Origin: Geosiphon pyriformis uo1
Lineage: Eukaryota > Fungi > Glomeromycota
Length of the DNA stretch: 64,000 nucleotides
Direction of reading: 5' to 3'
NCBI GenBank assembly: GCA_016748015.1
Contig: JAAOMT010000514.1
Coordinates: 641,365-705,364, forward strand
The translations under genes and the position numbers were made by a program. This document shows, piece after piece, positions 13,414-25,983 of the stretch (the first letter of the stretch is position 1; the number at the start of each line of letters is the position of its first letter). Below the pieces are notes generated by a model. That model saw nothing but the letters and a program-made list of their open reading frames with translations, was not told the origin of the DNA and did no database searches.

Positions 13414-16400
13414 GTGATCTGGTTTGGAAATTTGCTACGTGTAATGTATGGGGTCTCAATGTTCCTGCTAAACAAATAGATGTTTTTCATTGGCATGTGA
13501 ATTCTGGTTCTACAATCTCTTTTTTAACTGAGACAAAATTAAGATCATCTGTTGGTCTATGGATCAAGGATAAATATGAAGAGGTCTGTATCTTCACTTC
13601 TGGGTTGAATGTTGGTTTTCTCGGTGCTGGTGTTGCTGTTATCATGAACAATTCTTTGGCTCGTCATGTCTTTAAGGTTAAGGAAGTTCCTGGCCATGTT
13701 GTCACTATGCGGTTTCTATTCAAGAATAAACTTTTGGTTTCTGTTATTGGATTGTATGCTGGTGCTTTCACTGGTGTTCATTTTGGTCAGGCTTCTGAGA
13801 TAAATTCTCTCATTGCTAAGGCTGTTAACTCCAGCATCTTTGTTGTTTTGGGTGAGAACTTCAATAAAAATAGGTCTGGAAGAAGTGCAAGCTTCAGGTT
13901 CTGCTTGAGTTTGGGTTTGGTTAATTTGTTTTCTGGTTATTCTTTGATCAGGGCTACTACATGGGGTAATTCTAAGGGGGTCAAAAAGACTATTGATTTC
14001 ATTTTTGTTAGTAAGAATTTGGCTTCTGCTGTAACTGGCCATAAGGTTGGCCCAGTTTTGGACTTTTTTGACACAGATCACAGTGCTGTTATGGTCTTTT
14101 TTGAATTGGGCAGGCTCTTGAACATCTGTTTGAATAGCTTGTACAAGCAGGCTAACAGAGATCACTGGAAGTTTAATATCAAGGACATGGATGTTACTAA
14201 ATGGTCTCATTTCAGGGACTGCTCCTCTGTCATGGTTTTGGGTATGAAGGATAATTTTCTTGCCACTGCTGCTAAGCAAGACCTGGATGCTATGTGGTTT
14301 CTGCTGGAAAAAGTATTGGTGAATTCTGCAGATGAAATCTTTTCTCGGCATTGGTTCAGTGAATTTCAGTGTTTGAAAAATAGACTATCCTCTAAGTTTT
14401 TGGGCTTGGAGTTGCTAATTGTCAAAATTGTCAAAAAGTTTGGCTTGGCTGATGTCTTTGGTTTTGATCATCTTGTGAAAAAATAGTTTACATTGGATGT
14501 TAACAAAGCTCTAGTGTTGATGGATATGGTTCAATCGGGTCAGAGAAAAGTTGCCATTCTTAAGTTCTTGTCAGTCGTCAAAAAAGAGTATAGAAAGTCC
14601 AAATTGTATGAATCGATCTTGGCACAGGAGGCTTCTATCAGGGAAGCTATTGAAAAGTACATAGAGAAGTTTTGTTCTGACAAGGGTAGCATAATCAGAA
14701 GTGTCTTGGATCAGCCCTTTTGAAAAGTTGTGTTGGATTATTTAATTGTTGACGATGAGCTTGTTTTGGAGTCTGAGGAGATTAAATTGAAAGTTGACAG
14801 TATCATGAAGAATTGGATGAGGAGGCAGATGGTGCCTTCAGCACTGCCTGATCTCTGGGCCTGTCAGTATGCCCCTTTGGTTTATGTTAGAGATGATGTT
14901 TTTTCTGGTGTTATGAGTGCTATTACTTTGGATGAATTGCTTTTGGTTGTTGGTGGTTTGCTTGATGGCAAGACTGCTGGTTTGTTTGGCATTCCTAATG
15001 AACTTTGGAAGTGAGGTGGTAAAGAAATGATAGAGTGTCTCTTGGTTTTGTTGAATATGTGTTTGTCTGTTGGTTCAGTACTTGTTTTATGGAAAAGGGC
15101 CTGGGTCTCGATGATCTCAAAGCCTTATGATTGGGATGGAGTTCTAATAAACACTTGCCCTATCACTTTGATAGAGATGGCCAGAAAGATTTTTTCTAAG
15201 ATTCTCTCAGATAGGATTTCTTTTGTGTGCAGTAGATTTGGTGTTCTTTGTGGTGACAATTTCTTAGTGTTAAAGGGNNNNNNNNNNNNNNNNNNNNGTT
15301 CTGACAAGGGTAGCATAATCAGAAGTGTCTTGGATCAGCCCTTTTGAAAAGTTGTGTTGGATTATTTAATTGTTGACGATGAGCTTGTTTTGGAGTCTGA
15401 GGAGATTAAATTGAAAGTTGACAGTATCATGAAGAATTGGATGAGGAGGCAGATGGTGCCTTCAGCACTGCCTGATCTCTGGGCCTGTCAGTATGCCCCT
15501 TTGGTTTATGTTAGAGATGATGTTTTTTCTGGTGTTATGAGTGCTATTACTTTGGATGAATTGCTTTTGGTTGTTGGTGGTTTGCTTGATGGCAAGACTG
15601 CTGGTTTGTTTGGCATTCCTAATGAACTTTGGAAGTGAGGTGGTAAAGAAATGATAGAGTGTCTCTTGGTTTTGTTGAATATGTGTTTGTCTGTTGGTTC
15701 AGTACTTGTTTTATGGAAAAGGGCCTGGGTCTCGATGATCTCAAAGCCTTATGATTGGGATGGAGTTCTAATAAACACTTGCCCTATCACTTTGATAGAG
15801 ATGGCCAGAAAGATTTTTTCTAAGATTCTCTCAGATAGGATTTCTTTTGTGTGCAGTAGATTTGGTGTTCTTTGTGGTGACAATTTCTTAGTGTTAAAGG
15901 GTACGTCAATACATTCTTCTGTGTTTGCTGTTGGATTGGTGGTTGAGGATGCTCTTGAGAAAAATAGGGAACTTTGGTTAGTTTTACAGAATATGCACAA
16001 GACATATGATTCTGTTGGTTGGCACCACCTAAGAGCTAGTCTGCAACATATCAAAATGTGTGGCAGATTTATTGACTTTTTTGGTAGCATTCATGAAAAC
16101 AGAGTTAATAAGGTTATGACTGATTTTGGTCTTTCAAATAGTTATAGGGTGCATGATGGCCTTGATCAGGGTAAAGTCTTCTCATCTCTCCTTTAGAGAA
16201 TCTTTTATGACCTGCTCTTGTGTAAAGTTAAAAGGCATGAACATTTGTGTGGTTATCATATTGATACTAAGTTTGTGGCAAGGACTGGCAGAATTGAGAA
16301 TGGTGGTGAAATGTCTTCATTTTTTGCTGCTGGCGCTTTTGTGAATGATACAATTTGGGTTGGGGATTGTCAAGCTTCCATGCAATATGCTTTAAATATT

Positions 16401-18724
16401 GCTAATAAGTTCTTTTGTATCAATGATATTTCCATAAACAATAAGAAAACAGTGGCTATACCTATTAATCAGGGTGTCAAAGTTGCTGTATTGAGTATAA
16501 GTGGTTGGCTAATTTCTGTGGCCAGGAAGGGTGAAGCTTACAGATATTTGGGAATTTTTTTGTCAACTGAAGGGTTGTTTAAACCAAGTTTGGCCAAGGC
16601 TCACTCAGATATTTGTTTCTTTGTTAACAGAGTGCTCAGGAAAGCAATCATGGATAAGCAGTTTTCATATTTGGTGTCAGCTGTTTTGCAGCCCATTGTT
16701 AATTATTGTACTCAGTTTAGTTTTGTTTCATCTGGTGTTTACTATAGGTGGGATGTTTTAGTTAAGAAGAGCTTCAGATCTAAGGCACATCTATCTCATG
16801 ATTTTCTTGATGCTGCTCTGCATCATTTTTCTCTGTATGGTCTGAAATCCTTTGAGCAGATGCAGTCTGAAGAGAAAATGGCTTCTTTGGTCTTGTTTGC
16901 TAATGCATCCAGTATTTTTGGCCACTTGTTTGAACATAGATTTTTGGATTTACAGGTTCTAGGTTGGGCCCCTTTGAATCTGTTTCAGTACCCTGTCAAG
17001 TTGTGTGTTAATCTGGTAAACAATTTTTTAATGGGTGTGGTGAAGATTTTTATGAATATTGATCTTTTTTTGGTGAACAATCTCCCCAATGCTTTTCATC
17101 ATTCTGGTTGTTTTCCAATGCCTTCAATTCTTGGAAAGTCTTTGTACTTCAATTCTGTTTGTTTTCTTAAGCGTTTTGGTGTTGCTTTTGGTGATTGGCT
17201 TTTCAATAAAAAGGGGTTGTTGTTGGATTGGAAGACATTTTGTTATTGGAAGCATTTGGATCCATGTGGCCCTGTGTCTCTTTGGTTCATAGTTGTTTCT
17301 AAGTACTTTTTGGATCAGGGTCTTGCTTTTTCTTACTCATTTGTTGCCATCCAATTTGGTAGTTTGACCATTTTGAAGTCTGATGTGTTCTTCTCTGTGC
17401 AGGATGGTCTACATGGAATTTGGTCTGGCTGTTTTGAGGCGTATACAGATGGGTCTTTGAAGGGGGCTGGGTCTGCTGATGTGTCAAGTGGTGCGGCTGC
17501 ATATTTTCTAGCTCTGGAATTGGGTATTGGAGTCAAAGTTTGTGGCCTTTTGTCCTCTACTATGGCAGAGTTGCAGGCTGTTGCTCTGGCTTTGGAATGT
17601 GTTCCCTCATCTAGTTCTGTGGTGTTGTATCTTGACAGCCAAACTGTTATTGATGCATGCATTTCTGAAATGTTGCTTGAGGTTCCAGATTTCCGCAGTT
17701 GCTGCTGGATTAAAAAAAGACATATTTCAACTTGATTAGAGATAAGGATCTTAGAGTGAGTTAAATCAAAGTCAAAGGTCATGCTGGTGTTCTTGACAAT
17801 GTAGAAGCTAATAGATTTGCTGATAAGGCTGTCTGCTCCTCTTTTGTTTTGCTGATGAGAGTATGAGAGTGTTTTTTGGTGGCTGATGACACAGTGGTTT
17901 TGGGCAATGCCTGCCACTTTGTTAGGAATGTGTTTAGATCTGTTTGTTGTGCTCGTTGGGAGGCTGGTCCTGGTCGGAATATGGTTTCGGCTGACATGTT
18001 GGAGGATTTTGATTGAGCTGCTTCTGCAAAGGTCTGGCATCTTGACTCATACATGCTTGCTGGATTTACTAGCTGCAAGTCAGCAGATCTTCGTACATAT
18101 TTAATGAAGGCGTTACATAAGAAGTTACTGGTGGTGGTTAGAAAGAGACTGTATAACAGATGTTACCCAGGTGTTCAGTGTTTGTTGTGTGGTGAAGTGG
18201 AGCTGCCAGACCATGTTTTCACTTGTTCACAGGATATTCATATCTGGAGGAAAATTTTGCTGGAGGCTTTTGCACAATAGATTTCTTTGGTTGGTGTTTG
18301 TGACCTGTCTTTTTCTTCAGTTCTTTGGGTCTTTGATTCTTGTCATTTGGACATTGGCAGATATTCGGTTTTATGTAAAGGTTTTGTGATAAAGGTTTGG
18401 TGTGCTAAGACAGCAAGTGTTTTCAACAATGTTAAAAAGACTTCTCATGTTGTGGTTGACTTTGTGAAATTTTTGGCTGAGTTGTATCAATCTAAGGTCT
18501 GGTTGGTTAGATCTAGGTTCAGGGTGAACATGGAGAAAGCTGGTTTGGTCAGTGACAATGGTTTGGTGTTGGGTTTGTCCCATTGTATGTCTTCTGTGCT
18601 TTCTGATGGTGTGGTAAAGATGCTTGGCATCACTGAGTCTTTTGCTATCAGTTTTGGCCGTCTTAGGCCTTGCCTTTTTTTTTCAGGTCTGGATGATAAA
18701 CTTTGTGTTAATATTAGTGTGTAG
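13410..18724 (+). pseudogene. LINE ORF2 (APE-RT-RNase H-CCHC), disrupted
   Basis: FATCNVWGLN, LTETKL, TIDFIF, TDHSAV; LQNMHKTYDSV, LDQGKVFSSLL, AFVNDTIW; AYTDGS, AELQAV, LDSQ; CLLCGEVELPDHVFTC. Multiple stops and a frameshift near 17720. Confidence 0.93.
14674..15901. other. Assembly artefact: 20-N gap (15278-15297) with duplicated flanks 14674-15277 = 15298-15901
   Basis: 604 bp appear identical on both sides of the gap, giving identical ORF translations. Confidence 0.92.
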
Positions 18725-20329
18725 TATTGTCTTGATTGGCCTGAGTGGCTAGTCACATGTTGTTGATGCATGAATTACATTTAGTTTAGGCCACTTAGTT
18801 TGGCTCTATGTACTAGATAGCAGTTGGACTTCACTCATTAAATGTTTAATAAAAAAATAAAAATAAAAATTAATAATTAATTTAATCATAATTAAATCAT
18901 AATACAATTCAGTTAAAAAGCTAACAAAACTAAAAAATACTAATAAAAATTTAGAATTAATATATATAATATTTAATAATATCAAACTTTGTTATATTCC
19001 AAAATTTTTATATATTTTATTTAAATAATTTAATATTTTAAATTTGTAATTATTTTTTAAAAATAGCTACCAAAAATATAATTAATTAATTTTTGATTAT
19101 ATCAATTATAATTATAATTGATATTATTAATTAAAATTATTAACTTTTAAAAAAATTATATATTAGATAAGTTTAAAATAAATAAATAAATTTAATATAT
19201 ATAAATAATTAATATAATTAAAATAGTAATAATATAATATATAGAGTAATTTAATTATATATATAGTTTTTTTGTAAATTAAAAAAAATATTAATTTTAT
19301 ACTAAATCAACTTTTTATTATAGTTTTATTATACATAATAGGTTTTTTTACTTTTTTTTTTTTTGTTTTGAATATTTTTTTTTATTCTTATATATATTTC
19401 TATTTTATTATAAGCAATTTTTTTTAATTATGTTATTTTTCAATATATTATAAAAAAAATAATTCTATTATAATTTTATTTTAAATAAATAACATAAAAT
19501 AATAAAATACTTTATAAAAACATATTTGTTAAATATTTAAGTAATATTTTTATAATTTATGTTTATTATTTTATAACTTTTTAATAACTTTTTTTATTCT
19601 TATTTTCTAAATTAAATATTTAAACCATATTTTTTTAATAGTTAATTGAAAAAATTTTAATGTAATTTTAGTAAAATAATTTAGTTAGTTTTTAATAATT
19701 TGATTTGTTTTTTGTGTTTTAAATAAGAATTAATTATTATTATTTTTTATAAAATTTTAAGCTGGTTCTTATTTAAAAAATAAATATTCATGATTTTATA
19801 ATTTTTTTATTTTATAAACATTTTTTTATAAATTTTTGTTTTTTTTATATTATTATAAGTAAATTTTTGAATTTTATTGAGATTTTTTATAACTTGATAT
19901 TTAAATTATTGTTTAAATAATCTTAAAGTTTTTTAAAAGTTTTTAAAAATAGAGTTTTTTAAATAATAAATAAAAATTTATAATAATACTTAATAATACT
20001 TAGTATTTAATTTTATTAATATAATAATTGATTTTATTTTAATGTTTTTTATTTTTCTGTTAAACAATCTTAATTTTTTAATTATATTCTATATTTATTT
20101 TTGGCATTTTTTACCAAAAAATCTGTAATATTATAATCTTAATATTTTTAATTAATTAATTAATTAATAATAAAATAATAAAGAAAAAAATACATAAATT
20201 AAAAATTATATATTTTATTAATAATTATAATTAAAAACTATTTTTTAGTATTCAAAATATTTCTTTATATTTTGAACCATGTATGCTGTTATATTTATAA
20301 TAAAATAGTCAATTTTATGTTAATTACAT

Positions 20330-20830
20330 ATATAGTTACTTTCTAATAAAAATCAACTTTTTTACAAAAAAATTTTATTTTTAAGCTTTTCAATTAATAT
20401 ATAATTACTTTGCTGTAAAAATCAACTTTTTTACAAAAAATTTCAATTATAAACTACCTAATAATATAAAAAAAATATAAAAAAGTAAAAAAATAAAAAA
20501 TGTGTTTTAAAGATTTGTTTCAAATTCAGGCCTGAAAGTTTTAACAGTTTATTAAAATTAATAGTTAATTAATTTCACAATATTAATTTCAATTTAGTGA
20601 ATTTTAAAGTAGCAATAATTAAGAGTTTGAATTCTCAAAATAAGTTTTATTAAATGAATTTGTAAAAAAGATGATTTTAAATTGAATTAGAAGATATATT
20701 TTCTTGAAAAGTAAAGCTTTTCATTTATACAATTTGTTATAATACTATTCTATAATTTAACACTTTTTTTTTTCTAATATTTTGGCAAACTAAAGATACA
20801 TTTTATAAACTACAAGTTATTTTTATGAAC
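20330..20830 (-). repeat. Degenerate dispersed repeat, right arm of the inverted pair (mate ~10170-10700)
   Basis: By-eye reverse-complement alignment with 10170-10700. Confidence 0.7.
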
Positions 20831-21062
20831 TATAAGTTATTTTAGTAAACTGTTAAATATTTTGTCAAATTCTGAATATTTTGGTAAATTCTTAAATATT
20901 ACATAGTTTGAAGTATTACATGATCTAATTATTATAATTTAGTTGGATTTGTTTTCTATACAATTCAAATTATTAATTAAAAAATAGAAATATAAGAATA
21001 CTTTCATGCTAATCAATAGCTCAAATTTCTATTAGTAATAATATTATAATTTTAATACTTTT

Positions 21063-23706
21063 TTTAATATAGGATTACTAAGTTTCCAATGTCAATTATC
21101 TATTATAATATTCAAATTCAAGATAAAAGACAATATATAACATATAAAGGGAAATAGTTATTAAAAATTTTAAATTAAACAAATATTTTTTTATAATTAA
21201 AATAAATATTGAAAAATAACCAAGTAAACATGCTTTAATTATATTCAAAAATATTTAAATATATTCTTTCGGTTATAAGGAACTTTATTGTTCTTAATAT
21301 AAATTTCTTTTGAATAATGTTGCTTGCATGCAAAATTACGCAAAGTAATATATAGGAAAATTATTGTGTTTTTTATTTTAAAAATTTTCCTAACAATGAC
21401 TTCCTTCCAACATATATTTTTAGGTTGATTGTTATATGTTAATGCATTTATTACAATCTTATTTAAAATCTCAATGTACACTGTCTTTTACTTATTTTGG
21501 CTTGAACGTAATGCAAATCAAATCAAATAATTTTATATCGAATCCAATTTTGAATTTAAGATGGCAATTATTTTTAATTAACTTATTTTCAATTTACAAA
21601 TTTTATAAAAATATATTCAAAAGTTGCTAATTTAAATTTTTAATAATAAATTTTAAAATGTAAATAGATATTTCAATTTATATCTTAAATATTTTTTAAT
21701 ATAATATAAAGCATTAATTACTTTTTCAAAGTATTTTTAGTTTTTTATTACAATATTATATAAAAATATAAAAAATATTTGCATAATTCAAAATTTTGAA
21801 TATTTTATACATGAAAAGCAAAAATTATTCAAAATTAAAATATTTTTATTTTGAAAAATTTTAAAGCCTTAAGTACAAAGGGTGGAAATATAATTGGAGC
21901 TATAAATTCATTAAAATTTTATAAAAATATTATCATAAAGCCTAAAATGTGACTGTTAAAATTTTATAAAAGCAAAATCTAATGTTTTAGCATCGAGTTT
22001 ACAAGATTGGGTTTGATATTTTAGATAAAATCATTTTTGGACAACCATTTCCTTTTTTGTGTTCTACATTGCATTTTATCTTAAGATGTTAATTGAATCT
22101 TGGTAATACTATGTAATTTAAAATCTGAACGGACTCCTTACTTCTAATAATATAATAAAATCTGGCTGGGTTTGATATTAGACGGAGATATTTTTGGCTG
22201 GTATTACGCAAAATATAAAAGGAAATTGTTTAGGATGAAAATCATATTCTGTTAGATAATTACACAGAAAATTAGTTTGAGGTGATACCTGAATCTAATA
22301 CATGTCTAAATAAAATTACGTAAATCAATTAAAAACATTGCAACACTAATTTTACCTCCCTAAATTTAAAGTTCTTGAAGACAAGATCACCCTAAACTGC
22401 AAGTCTCAATATATCATAAATCAATTAACTTTCAATAAGTAAAAGCAGTAACATGATAATCTTAAATCAAATCAACCAAAAATGATAAATAGTCTTTTGT
22501 AAGACTAGATATGGGATTTGCACTATGTTTTGTGTTTTTTTTTAAGCCCGTGTTCAGCCTGGTAGGACTATGAGGTTAAATTTCTTTCCATTGAGTTTAT
22601 TCTGAACAAAAATTACAAACCTTATAGGCAGCAAAGATGGCAGATGATCTTTATGGCGCGGAGTAAAATTTCTTAATTTTTTCAACATGCGTAACAAGAC
22701 ACAGATTTTATCCGCTATTCGAGAAAGTATATAAACTCTTTCGACTAAAATCCAAGCAGCCACTGTTTCTTGGGATTGCTTCATTTCTTTAATCCTACTA
22801 AACCTTTGTGTTTAAACAATTATTTATATCGCGCACCCATACCACTTTTGAATTGTATCTTATAAAAATGTATAAAATTATTTTTTTCTTTATTGCTATT
22901 CTTTCATGTTGGTTTATGGTGGACGGCGCTGCTTTAACCCCAGACTGCCAAGCGTGTGCAAATGGGGATGCCAATCTCCTCACCTGTACTGGTGCTAGTT
23001 CGGCTAGTGAAATCACGAACTTACCTAAAGCAACTATATCAAAATGCTTCTGCAAGCAGTCCTCAATTGATGCATATGCGAGGTAGGCGAACACTTACAG
23101 AGAATTCAAGTTCACGGACTGGGTTATTAATTTTACTCATGCATCCTTAAATTCATAATAGCTGTTTTAAATGCCCATCATCAGTTGAATATCAATCAAC
23201 TGATTCTGTTTCAGTATCTGGTAAGCAAATTTAATTGATACATTGTCATCGATTCTCGGATATTTCTTAATTTTTGTTATACTTCTTTATAGATGCCATT
23301 TCAAACTGCAAACTTTATAACCCAAATATAATTCTAATCGACCCAAATCCAACCAAACCAACCACAAGTACAAGCAAAACAGCCACAATTCCAACCACCA
23401 TATATTCAACCACCACATATTCAACCCCAAAGTTAAGCCCAACTTTGACAATTTCACCCATATCAAGCAGCACTTTAACCGAGTCAGCTGAAAATGAACC
23501 AATCATAACTGTAACCAAAACTACAACTGTAACGCATACCTCCTCTAACGCTAATAATACTAAGTTCAACGGCATTCGGACTGATATAGTTGCTGTTTTC
23601 CTGTTGATTATTGTCTCGATAATTTTCCTTTTGTAATTGCCTAAATTTTTTCAGAAGCCTTAAATTCGAAAGATCTACCCTATAATTTATTAATTTAGTA
23701 TATTCC
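21063..23706 (+). repeat. Inverted segmental duplication, arm A (mate ~32754-35465)
   Basis: Near-identical to the reverse complement of arm B from ~22230 to ~23300, more diverged in exon 3 and distal upstream DNA. The ORF track shows mirrored translations. Confidence 0.95.
22868..23636 (+). CDS. Secreted 8-Cys (CFEM-like) protein with Ser/Thr stalk and hydrophobic C-terminus (probable GPI anchor), 205 aa; exons 22868-23082, 23162-23220, 23293-23636
   Basis: GT-AG introns give an open frame: signal peptide MYKIIFFFIAILSCWFMVDG, then PDCQAC-x9-C-x19-CFC-x10-CFKC-x20-C, a Thr/Ser-rich linker, and C-terminal DIVAVFLLIIVSIIFLL. Splice sites are conserved in the paralog. Confidence 0.88.
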
Positions 23707-23734
23707 AGCTTAGGAGCGTATGCAATTAATATAT

Positions 23735-23798
23735 GGGTGGCCAGTCACGTGTAGAAAGCGTTTATTATAGAACCTGTATATGTTGTATGTAAGAAAAA
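23735..23798 (+). mobile_element. Tiny LINE 3'-UTR remnant
   Basis: GGGTGGCCAGTCACGTGTAGAAAG resembles the copy 1 3' UTR GAGTGGCTGGTCACGTGTAGAAAG. TATAGAACCTGT also occurs in the 3' UTR of the truncated copy (~9944). Confidence 0.55.
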
Positions 23799-25983
23799 GT
23801 TTCACATATCGAATTAGTGGGTATCAAACGCTTAAAAATTGAGGGAATATACTTCAAACGAACTCTTTATGCGCAAGAATCTACTACTATATATAATTTT
23901 TAAATTTTTGATTTCAACTATTATTAGCAGATGTATAAACTGTCAAATATTATAAATAACAATTACAAATAATAATATAAATTATAAAAATTCAAATGTT
24001 AACCAATTTAATATTATTATTTAATTCTAAATATTGATTAGAAAATTCTATCATTTTTTTTTCTAAAATTATTTGGCTTTTTATTTTTCTTTTTCAAAAG
24101 TTATCAATTTCCTGTTATATTTGTTAAAAGCATTACAAATAAGACTTTGGTAAATGAAATTAATAATATTTATAAATTAATTGTTAATTAAAGCTTTTAA
24201 TAATTTTTTTTTATTTGTTGTTTTTTTTGTTTTTTATCAAAAATTATATTTGGAAATATTACAAATATCAATATAAATATGTTTATTTATTAATTTTATT
24301 ATTTGTAAATAAAAACAACAATCAATTTTGGTTTATTTAATAAATTAATTTATAAGTTTAAATTATGTTTTAATTTACTTTAGAAATTAATAATTAAACT
24401 TTTTTATTAAATAATAATAAAAAATTTAAAATAAAATTTTTTAATAATTTAGTCTTATAGAGTTTATATTTACAACCAGGGTAAAAAAACAATCGTTATT
24501 TTTGTTGACATAACCAAAAAAAATTTAAAAAGTAATACCAGTTAAACATAAAAATATCATAAGAATATTTCTTTTAAATAACACAAATATAAAACATTTT
24601 CTTTTTTTATTAGTTTTTTTATAAAAGTATTATTAAGAAATTTTTCAAAAAGAACTTTAAAATTGTTTTTACTACTCAAAAAAACTTTAACAAAAATCTC
24701 AATAGCTTTAATAATTTTTTCTTAAATAACAAAAAAATATTAGAAAAGGTTTTTTAATAATAACAACAATTAATTTTTAAAAAATATCATATAATATTTG
24801 TTTAAATCTATAAATTTTTTGATAGACATACAAAATTTTGATTAAAATATAACAAAAAAGCTAAAATAAACTTAATATAATAAGAGCTCAAAAATTTACT
24901 TTTAAATTTAATTAAATTAAAAGTAAGTTTTTGGAGTAATATTAAATTAAATGTTTTTTACTTATACAAAAACACTCAACTTTGAATAAAATAACTTATT
25001 TTTTTATAATTAAATTATTAAAGTATTTTGGTTTAATGATTATTAAACGGTAAAACCTTGAATACTTAATTTACAACTTTTTTATATTTTATAAAAATTT
25101 TCATTTAAGCTACTTTTTATTGGTAAAAAACTGAATTTTAAAGTAGTTTGTATATATTTGGACAGTAAAGATATGAATTATTTGTTTAATAATAACGTTT
25201 TATTATTTTTTTTATAAAAAAAATATATGCTTAAATTCATATTATTTTTATGAATTGTTTTTGGTTTGTTAAATATATGTTTAATAATTATTAGGCTAAC
25301 ATAAATAGTTTACTTAAGAGTTTTCAATCTCTAAATTTAAACTTGAATTTGGGTATTAAAATTGTTAATTTTTTGTTATCAATTATAATTAAGTTTTATG
25401 CTATTGTTTTGGCTTTAAAATATAATTTTGTGTTTAATAATGTTGAAATTGTTTTAATAATCAAATAATTTTGAAATGATCAAGCAAAACAGTATTAATG
25501 GTTTTTAAGAATATCTTTGGTTAGAATTTCTTTTAAAAGGTTGCTATTTTATCAAAATTTTGTATCAATCTTGTAATAATAAGAATTCCGGCATCGAATT
25601 TAAGAATTATATAAATTCTAATTGCAATTTACCAATTTACTAATATGAATGAATTTTATAACATAGAAAAATATATTTAATAATACAAAACTCATAGTAA
25701 TAAGGACCATAACTTTTAGGTAAAACCGGACATCCAATCAACTCTCCTTTAACCAATAAATTAATAATCTGAACAGCAATAATTAGTTGCAGATACTATA
25801 TTTGATGAAATAACTAAAATCTTAACTTTTGAGTGAAATTGACCAATGTTCAAAGTACTAATAAATATCTATAAAAAAATAATAATAATATAATTACTCG
25901 TCTGTGAATAATAAGGAATTAAATTAAAGTTAAAAATTACCTCAGCTCTCTATTTAATAAATAACTTTATATTTTTTGGGGAT

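Larger units (their letters stand above)
11427..18857 (+). mobile_element. Full-length LINE copy 2 (divergent subfamily), inactivated
   Basis: Same 5' terminus, ORF1/ORF2 organisation, 3' hairpin (18733-18755) and A-tail as copy 1. Contains an assembly gap with a duplicated 604-bp flank. Confidence 0.95.

Noticed and set aside
1267-18724. Alternative genetic code (TAA/TAG = Gln) explaining the in-frame stops
   Set aside because: Stops also replace Trp and Arg and include TGA, and intact host genes terminate at TAA. Mutation explains them better.
22554-22784. ORF MKQSQETVAAW... present twice (also 33647-33844)
   Set aside because: Conservation is explained by the inverted duplication of promoter DNA. 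The ends differ and there is no recognisable domain.
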